From: the human T2T-CHM13v2.0 reference genome, Homo sapiens
Assembly: GCF_009914755.1 (NCBI RefSeq)
Contig: NC_060946.1
Direction: 5' to 3' (one strand)
DNA length: 64,000 nucleotides
Positions 54,033 through 64,000 of the stretch are shown here, piece by piece. Position 1 is the stretch's first letter, and the number at the start of each line of letters is the position of its first letter. The notes under the pieces were generated by a model. That model had not been told where the DNA came from, searched no databases, and was given only the letters and a program-made list of their open reading frames with translations. A program made the translations under genes and the position numbers.

Positions 54033-56450
54033 ACCTCTCAGGCCACAGTCCCCTTCCTGGGGGGTGTGTACCTCTCAGCCTCTGTCCCCCACCCCTCCAG
54101 GATCAGCAAGGCCCCAGCCTCCCTGCAGGCCCACGCGATGAAAGATGAGCTTTTGTTCTCTAGCCCACGGCCACGTTGGGTGGTGGTCACCGTGGCTTGC
54201 CCCCACTGTGGCCTGCCAGCTCAGTGTTCTCCGTGGTGCCTGCTGTACACACCACCCTGGGAGGGACTGGAGGGCGGTGCCTTCTGAGACAGAGGTCCCG
54301 ACCTGAGTGCTCTAGCGGGCAGCAAGGCCCGGGTGGAATGGGCCTGGCAGGGCCCCTGGAGCTCCTCATCGCATGCTCTGGGGCTCTATGGGGCTGGCTT
54401 TGGCCAGAGTGGGGTGAGCGGTGGTGTCACGAGTTGACTGCTGGGAGAGGCAGCTGCCCTGGTGGCCCTGTCTGCACCCCTAATCATCGGACCCAACTAC
54501 ACCTCCAGCCCCATGGTGAGAGTGAGGGGTGACACTCAGCCCAGACCCAGGTGAGCCCGGGCAGAGCCTGGCGAGAGTGGAGAACAGCAGGTTCGGGTGT
54601 GTCCTGTGTGGGGTCTGAGCCTGCTGAGGTCACTTCAGACCAGGCCCCGACCCAGCTGCGTCCCCTGGGTCACTGTGGTGTGTGTGGTGGGCCTGGGCCC
54701 AATGTCGCTGCCGGAGTGCCCGGTCATGTGGCCTCCCATTTCCTGTGGACGTTGCTTTGGCTAACAGCCTGGGTCTGCCTTCCTTCTACAAAGTGGTTTT
54801 GGATGTGGATTGAGTGATCATTTTGGGTCAGAATTTGCCTGTGTAATGTTAACTAAACCCTCTTAGGTTATTTGTCCCATTTTGCACATGAGGAAACTGA
54901 GGCTTGGAGTGGCTGGGTCGCTTGCCCGACAGCCTCTGGGTGAAGAGTGGGGTTTTACATCCAGGCTCTGTGTGGCCAGGGCCCACCTTCCTAACCCTCG
55001 GCCTGAAACTCAAAAGCTTCTGAGCCTTGCTTACGTCCTGGCAGACATGGAACGTGGCTGGGGCTGTGCACTGCACCAGGACAAACTGCAGGGGACTCGG
55101 GTCCCTAAACCTTGGTGAAAATGTCTACAGGTTTTCATATTAGATAATGTTAAGAAAAAAATGCTAAGGAGTAGGGAAGGTATTGAATATTGAATTTATG
55201 TAAAGCTTTCAAATAAAACCCTTTCATAAATTTAAAATCAGAGACTGAGCCTGCACCTGAGTTTTCTTTACATCGGCTTATACGTGAAATGGCCTGGGGT
55301 AATTTCTGGGTTAATCTTCCCAGATTGAGGATAAGAAACTCTAGCAAGAGCTGAGAACAAATGGCTGGAGAGTATGGTGGCTGCGTTTCAGCCTGGTAAA
55401 ACCTCCTTTCTCTCCATAAACCAGAATTCGAATAATCCAGTTGCTCTGAATTGAACTCATTCTTCTAATCTAACAACCGTCTTTTTCTTTCATTGACAAA
55501 TATAATGTTAGAATTTTTTGTGATAATGCAAATGGATTTTGAATCTAATTGAACTTTTTATATCAAATATTTCAAAATAACGATGACTTTTTCCTCACAT
55601 CCGCAGATGTTCCTCCCAGAACCTTAATGATTCTTCTGTAGGATTCAAATGATAACCCCCTCTAAACACCACTGGTGAGCGGCTTCTGATTTCGCTTTTC
55701 TAAAGGTGACGTTTTTGCTTCGAATCCATAAACTTTATCATTAAATGTCACCGTATTTTCATGTGGTTCTTGCAATTTTCAAATAAGTTCATTTCAGTGC
55801 TCCAAAATGTCCCTGAAGTAAGCTGTTTTTGAAGCCGGTGACTATGCTTCAATAAATCTGCAAAGTGAGGCTCCTCTTGCATTTCAGGGCTTATACTCCA
55901 GCCCGGGCCCTCTCCTGGGCAGCTGCCACTCTGCAGGGGGGAGCAATACTGGGGTTCTGACCCCATTTTCTTCTCAGAAAGCTGAAAATAGCTGGGAGTG
56001 CAGCAGCCGGTATTTACCAAGTTCCCTGATTTGATCACTTCAGCTCTACAGGCACTTTGTGTAGAAATTGAACTTGGGGCTTTCAGAATTCATTCTCTTC
56101 TCCTTCCTGCCCTCACAGATGTGAGGTACTCAGCGTTTGCCTGATGCCTTCAACGTGAGCATGGGCCGCTTTGAGTATTTAATTCCCAGGAGTTTGCTTG
56201 GGTACTTTGTTGGCAACACAGATGATGTTTTTCATGCATTTCTCTCGAGGGATTTTTTTCTGCAGGTTTGGGTGATTGCCCCTACACCCTTGGTCCTGGT
56301 GTTAGACATCTTGGCTTCCTTGTGGTCTTTGGTGTGGACCCCTCCAGTTCCCAGAGACGCTGTGGCCACTGGCATTTCAGCAGGCCTGGGTAGGCCTGGT
56401 CGACCTGGTCTCAGGACCTGCCCAGTGATGTTGAGAAACCCGGGGGTTCT

Positions 56451-56752
56451 GGCCGGGCGCGGCGGCTCATGCCTGTAATCCCAGCACTTTGGGAGGCCGA
56501 GGCGGGTGGATCACGAGGTCAGGAAATCGAGACCATCCTGGCTAACACAGTGAAACCCTGTCTCTACTAAAAATACAAAAAATTAGCCAGGCATGGTAGT
56601 GGGTGCCTGTAATCCCAGCTACTGGGGAGGCTGAGGCAGGAGAATGTCATGAACCCAGGAGGCAGAGCCTGCAGTGAGCCGAGACCATGCCACTGCACTC
56701 CATCCTGGGCGACAGAGCGAGACTGTCTCAAAAAAAAAAAAAAAAAAAAAAA
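56451..56752 (+). mobile_element. AluY
   Basis: ggccgggcgcgg start, polyA, TSD agaaaccc(g/a)ggggttc on both sides. Confidence 0.97.
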
Positions 56753-56801
56753 GAAACCCAGGGGTTCCATAAGCCTTGGCATGATGGGGACACTGACCTA
56801 G

Positions 56802-57170
56802 TGATATGGTTTGGATTTGTGTCCCCACCCAAATCTCATGTAGAATTGGAGGAGGGGCCTGGTAGGAGGTGATTGGATCATGAGGGAATTTCCCCATGGC
56901 TGTTCTCGTGAGAGTGGGTGAGTTCTCATGAGCTCTGGTTGTTTAAAAGTATATGGCACTTCCTCCTTCACTCTTTCTCTCTCTCCTGCTCTGCTATGTA
57001 AGACGTGCCTGCGTCCCCTTTGCCTTCCCCCATGATTGTAAGTTTCCTGAGGCCTCCCAGCCATACTTCCTGTTAAGCCTGCAGAACTGTGAGTCAATTA
57101 AACCTCTTTTCTTCATAAATTACCCCGTTTCAGGTAGTTCTTTATAGCAGCATGAGAATGGACTAATACA
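56802..57170 (+). mobile_element. MSTA/THE1D-like solo LTR
   Basis: tgatatggtttgg...aatggactaataca; TSD cctag/cctgg. Confidence 0.92.
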
Positions 57171-57179
57171 CCTGGTTTC

Positions 57180-57560
57180 TTATTTCACTGAAAAAGAAGG
57201 GTCCAGCTAGGAAATTGCCCTCATCTCCTTTTCCCTGTATCTGTCAGCTTCTGTCATGGACCTATGTTTTGTTGGATGAACTGCCCGGGTACCTAAGGTC
57301 CACCTAAGGTCACCTGAGGTCAGCTAAGGTCCACTTGTGCATGGACTTGTCCCCTGGTGTATGCCTCTTGTCCCCTGCAGGGCATCTCTCCAGCCTCCTT
57401 CCCTTCTTGCTGAGTCACCATCTTCGTGTCCTGCTGAGTCATGATCATCAGCCACAGATGGGCTACACCAGCTCCCATCTTAAAAAGGGAACCTTCCTTG
57501 ACCCTAAGGCACCTCCAGCCAATGCCCATTTTCCCACTTCCAGCCAGCTGCCAGACCCAC
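57180..57560 (+). mobile_element. L2 internal fragment
   Basis: tatttcactgaaaaa...ggatgaactg...ccacttgtgcatgga...ctcccatcttaaaaa. Confidence 0.55.
57296..57332 (+). promoter_or_regulatory. Nuclear-receptor direct-repeat cluster (DR5-DR4-DR4)
   Basis: AGGTCC-accta-AGGTCA-cctg-AGGTCA-gcta-AGGTCC; motif match only. Confidence 0.45.
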
Positions 57561-58711
57561 CCCCAAGTTACTCTTCTTCGTCCGAGCCCCCCACACCCTG
57601 ACCTTTATGCAATCGCTTCTTTCCTTATACAGCTTATTTTATTTTACAACATTTTATAGCTTTGCCACCTGTGTAGGTATCCTCAAATAATGGCTTAGTT
57701 TAACATGTTCTAAGTATTTATGTAAATGAAATGATACAGTACTGATGTTTATGTTTGGCTTGTTTGACTCCACATGGCATTTTGAAGATTAATCCATTCT
57801 ATTGTGTGCAGCTGCAATGCATCCGTTTTCATTGCTGTGTACCAAGATTTATTTATCCGTTTTGCTGCGAAAGAATGTTTGGGTGCTGGAGCTCTTGTGC
57901 AAATCTTTCTGCTGAATACACGTGTACCTCAGAGTGAAACTGTTGGTCATAGCATATGTGCGTCTTTCAATGTCTCAGACAATCGGAGCTCTTTGCTGTG
58001 GATTCAGTGTGTACAGTATTGCATGAGGGAGTCCCTTGCTCTGCCCTCCCACTAGTCCTTGTAATTTTAGCTCATTTGGTGGGTGTGCAGTGATTTCTCA
58101 TTGAGATTGTAATGTGCATTTCCCTGATGACTCTCAGGCACCACCGTCTACATTTACTGGTCAGTTGGAGACCTTCATTTGTGCTGTGCTTATTCCAGTG
58201 CTGGATCCATTTTCCTAACGAGTTTGCAGGAGTTTGTTATATGTTTTAGATATGAGGCTGTTGTCAGTTATATGTGTTGCAAATATTTTCTGTCACTGCT
58301 GATCTCGCCTTTGGACTCTTTTACTGGTGTTTTTGGATGAGCAGAAATACTTAATTTTTATGTGGCCAAATTCATCCACCTTTTCCTTTATGGTTATTGC
58401 ATTTTGAATCTTGTTCAAAAATCTTTTCTCAACTGAAGGTCATGGAGAAGTTCTCTCATATCCCTTCTAAAAGCTTTATGAAGTGTTTTGACTTTCACTT
58501 TTGGATCTCAGTCTGTCTGGAATTAATTTTTCTGTGCTATGGGAGGTAAGAGGTCAAGTTTCATTTCTTTCCCCATGTGGATAATCAACAGTCCCCAAAC
58601 CATTTCTCCCTTCTGTTATTGTGCAGAGCTAGGCACGTCTAAATCCAGTGTCCACACATAAATGGCCTGTTTCTGGCTCTTTATTCTCTCTCATTGCACC
58701 AAAACCCCACC

Positions 58712-59031
58712 TTTTTCTTTTCTTTTCTTTTCTTTTCTGAGACAGGGTCTCTGTCGCTCTGTCGCATAGGCTGGAGTGCAGTGGCAAGATCTTGGCTCAC
58801 TGCAGCCTTAACCTCCTGAGAGTAATCCTCCTATCTCAGTCTCCTGAGAGTAGCTGGACCACAGACATGTGCCACCTTGCCCTGTTAGGTTTTTTATTTT
58901 ATTTTTGATTTTGGAGAGACAGGGTCTTGCTATATTGCCCAGGCTGGTCTCAAACTCCTGAGCTCAAGCGATCCTCCCACCTCAGCCTCTCAAAGTGCTG
59001 GGATTACAGGTGGGTGTCATGGCCCCTGGCC
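58712..59031 (-). mobile_element. AluJ
   Basis: (ttttc)n tail and diverged reverse dimer. Confidence 0.93.
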
Positions 59032-60850
59032 AGCCTTGTCTTAACTACAGGAGCTTTGTAAGAAGTCTTGGTGCCTGGTGGAGCGAATTCTCTCAGGTTT
59101 TTCTGGCTTCTCAACAGTGTCTTGTCTATTCTTGCCTTTTGGATTTCTGCATACATTTTAGAACTACCATGCCCAGTTCCACAGAAGTTCTTTTTGGGAT
59201 TTTGATCGGTATTTTACAGAATCTATAAATGCAGAGAGCACTAACATCTGGGTAATATTGAATCCTCCAATGAATGCAGATTTTTTCCCCATTTTTAAGA
59301 GTTTATTTAAAATTCCTCAATAATGTTTTACAGTTTCCTGAATAAAGACCTTTTACAGTTTGTTAGATGTACTTCTTCATCTTTTCAGATGCTATTGTAA
59401 CTTAGTTTCTGAGCTTTTCTCATTGAGGAACCATTTGTATACAATAAGTTACACAGAATTTGGAGTGCAGTTCCATGAGTTTTGATGTGCGTGTCCACTT
59501 GAGTAACAAGATCTCAATCAAGAAAATTCCCTGGTGTCTCTTTCTGGGCAATTGTCCCATTTCTCGTGTTGACACAACTGCTGTTTGGATTTTTGTCACT
59601 GTAGATTAGGTTTCCCCATTTGAGAACTCCGTGTAAATGAAATTATCCAGCATTTGTCCTTTGGTATCTGGCGTCTGTCGTTCCACATCATGTTTGTGAG
59701 GTATTCATCTGTGCCGTTTTGTGCCTCTGTAGTCATTCCTTTTTATCACAGAATGGTGTTTCATTGCATAAATATACCATCATTTGCTTTCTATCCACCT
59801 GTTGGTGGTTATTTGGGATACTTTTAGCTTTTGGCAAGTATGGGTGAAGCTGCTATGAACATTCTGTGCAAGTTCTTTGTGTGGATATGTATTTTCATTT
59901 TCTTGAGTAACTTCGAACCAAGTGGAATGTCTGGTTCAAAGAATGGAGAAATGTTTTACTTTGTAAGGAAATGTAAAAGAGTTTTCCAAGTGGGTGACCA
60001 TTGTATATACCCCTAGAAGCCAGTGTCTGGAATTCCTCATCGTCCACACCCTCGCATTTGCTGCTGTCAGCTATCTTAATTTTGGTCTTTCCAAGTGGGT
60101 CTTTCCAAGTGGGTATGAAGTGATGGTCATCGCCATTTTTGTAGGCATCTGCCTGGTAACTAAGGATGCTGAGGACCTCTCACATGTTTACTGGCCACAT
60201 GTATACCTTCTTGTGTGATGTGTCTGGTCAAGTCTATTATTCCTTTTGAAAGCAACTTTATGAAGATATACTACACATATAATAATGCAGTCACTTTAAC
60301 TGTACAGTTTGATAAATTCTGACAAATGAGTGTAACCAGCACCACAGTCAAGATATAGAATATTTCTATCACCCCCGATTCCACGATGACCCTTTTCAGC
60401 CAGTCCCCAACCTTCTCCCCCAGCCCTACGCCACCAATGGTCTGCTTCCTGTCACTAGAGAATAGTTTGATTTGTTCTAGACTTTTCTATAAATGGAGTC
60501 ATAGTAGGCATTCTGTGTGTCTGGATTTCTTCATTCATTGTGGTGATTTTTGATCATCATGTTGTTGTATGTTGTATGCTTACTCATTTCGTAGTGAGTA
60601 GTATTCCATCAGACATTTATACCAGAATTTTATACATTCACCTGCTGATGTCATTTGGATTGTATTCAGTATTTGGCTCTTATGAGTAAAGCTATAAATT
60701 GCCTGAGTCATAGGGTAGGTGTATGACTGAGATTTAAGGAATTTGAAGGTGACTGTAGCATTTTATGTTACTTGAAGTCCCATCTACTCCACATTCTCTC
60801 CACTTGGTATGACATTTTTGCCATTTTAGTGAGTGTAGAGTGGTATCTGA

Positions 60851-61030
<180 letters not shown>

Positions 61031-61418
61031 TAGTGGTGTTCAGGATCTTTTCATGTTCTTATTGACTATGTTTTCTCTTATGAAGAGGCTTTTCAAAGTC
61101 CTCATCCATTTTCACTTGTTTTCTTATAATTGAGTTGTAGGAAATCTTTACATGTCTTGATGCCAGGTCTCTGTCAAGCTATATGTGTTGCAGATATCAT
61201 CCTACAATTTGTAGCTTGCCTTTTCCCTTTCTCCATGATGTTTGGGAAGAGCAGAAGTTTTAAATTTTTATGAAGTCCAATTTATAAGTATTTCCTTTGA
61301 TGTTTGTGCTTTCTGTGTAACATCTAAGACATCTTTGCTGTCTTAAGCTGCAAAGATATTTTCTGAGAGCTTTTATAGTTTCAGCACTTAATGTAACCCT
61401 ATGATTCATTTGAGTTAA

Positions 61419-61795
<377 letters not shown>

Positions 61796-63618
61796 ATGCC
61801 TTGTATTTTAATTTCTTGCCTCCTGGTATTGGCATTGGCTAAGACTTTCAGTACAATGCTGAGCATAAATGATGAAAGCAGACATCCTTGATTTGTGCTC
61901 AGTCTTGTGGGAAAATATTTGGTCTTTTATTATCAAATTTTAGTGCAAGTTTTTGTTAGGTGCTCTTTATTATTTCGAGGATGTTCTTTCTATTCCTAGT
62001 TTACAGAGAATTGTTATTACAAGTGGGTGTTAAATTGGGCCATGTGCTTTTCCTACCTCTATGGAGAAAAGTGTATCATTTTTCTCCTATATGCTGTTGG
62101 TGTGATGACTCACCTTGATTTTTTGAATATTAAAACAACCTTGCATTTCTGGGATACACCAACTTTCATATGTTGGTGGACTTGACCCGTTAAGGGTTTT
62201 TACAACTATATATATGGGAAATATTGTTGGGTAGTTTTCTTTTGTTGCAATGTCTGTATCAGGTTTTAGTAATGGTTAGTGTTAACTTTATAAAATGAAT
62301 TGAGAAGTGTTCCTTTTTCCTTCATTTTCTGAAAGTAATTGTATAGAATTCATTTTACTTGTTCCTAGCATGCAATATAATTACTCAGTGAAGACATCTG
62401 GGCCTGGAGTTACCTTTGTGGGAAGATTTTTAATTGTGATTTTAATTTCTGTGGTCATTATAGGGCTGTTCATATTTTCCATTTCTTTCTGAGTCAGTTT
62501 TGGCAATTTGAATATTTCATGGAATTTGTCTATTTCACTGAAGGGGTTGAATTGAATGGCATAAACACTTTTTCATAATAATCCCATATTATTATTTTAA
62601 TTATCATGGGATCTATAGTGATGCTATATATTTCATTCCTACAGTGATGTCATATATTTCATTCCTAATATGGTCAATTTGCATCTTTTACCTTATTGTC
62701 TTCATCAGCTTAGCTAGTTGATTGTTTCTAAGACACAGATGTCGGTTTCATTGATTTTCTCTAATTTTCTTGTTACTACTTTATTTTTGCTACTAATTAT
62801 ATAATTTCCTTTCTTTTAATTACTTTGCTTTTAATATGCTCTTTTTCTCAGCTTCTTAAGGTACAAAACAGGCTTATCAACATTAGGCCTTTCTAATTTT
62901 CCAATATAAACATTTAAAGCTCTTAGTTTTCCTTTACATGCTGCATTAGCTGCAACCCACAAATTTTAATAATTTTCCTTTTTTAAATGTAGCATAAATC
63001 ATTTTTCAATTTCCCTTGGAATAGTTTCTTTGACCCATGGGTTATTTTGATGTGTATTGTTTAATTTCCAAATATTTGGAGAATTTTTCAAACTTTGTTA
63101 CTGATTTCTAATTTAATTCTGTGTTTGTAAAATTTTTGTTTTATTATAATTTCAATTTTTAAAAATATATTGAGACTTATTTTATGGTCTGTCTTGGTGA
63201 ATGTTCCATGTTTATTTGAACAGAATGTGTATTCTCTTGTCATCGGGTAGCGTGTTCTACAAGTGTCAACTGGTGCTTCTTGGTTGATAATGTTATTTGT
63301 TTAAATCTTCTGCATCTTCACTGATATTCTGTCTGTTAATTAACATGAGAAGAGTCTTCAATCTCCAAGTATAATTGTGGTTCTGTCTATTTCTCCTTTC
63401 AGTTCTGTCATGAATTTTGAGGTTCTGTTATTAGGTATATGTTCATATTTAGAATTATTATAGCTTTCAAATAAATTGACCCATTTATTGTTATAAAGTG
63501 TCTCCCTTTATCCCTAGTAGTATCCATATTTCCTATGCATAGGGTTTTGCATGGCATGTATTTTCCAGCCTTCTAATTTTAATCTTTGTGTGTATCTTTT
63601 TTTCCTTTCATGTATTAG

Positions 63619-63915
<297 letters not shown>

Positions 63916-64000
63916 ATATGTGTGCTTTTGTATTTAAAATAGGTTGTTGTAGACAGAAGCCATCCTGAGTGACAATTACATTTTATGTAATTATCAGTAT

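Overview
This is primate (human-like) nuclear DNA with no protein-coding gene, RNA gene or CRISPR array that I can support. It reads as GC-rich intergenic or deep-intronic sequence. Much of it is interspersed repeats: about 14 Alu elements or fragments (several with target-site duplications, TSDs), a 5'-truncated L1PA, old L1M/HAL1, L2 and MIR fragments, LTRs (MLT1, THE1, MST, MER41, MER67, LTR16-like) and DNA-transposon fossils. Two hAT fossils still show readable transposase motifs. There are also long (CA)/(TG) and (CCAT) microsatellites. The supplied ORFs are explained by repeats or chance. I found no previously undescribed biological system. The best second-look items are regulatory or structural: (1) a 55-bp LTR-derived tandem array with 9 CCAAT boxes; (2) a 36-bp minisatellite packed with E-boxes; (3) a perfect DR4 nuclear-receptor element made by micro-duplication, next to AP-1 sites; (4) several non-repeat AT-rich islands dense in homeodomain/PBX-HOX/SOX/TCF motifs (candidate developmental enhancers); (5) local duplication and template-switch scars. 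Repeat subfamily names come from my recall of consensus sequences and need RepeatMasker/Dfam confirmation. Boundaries of old repeats are approximate.
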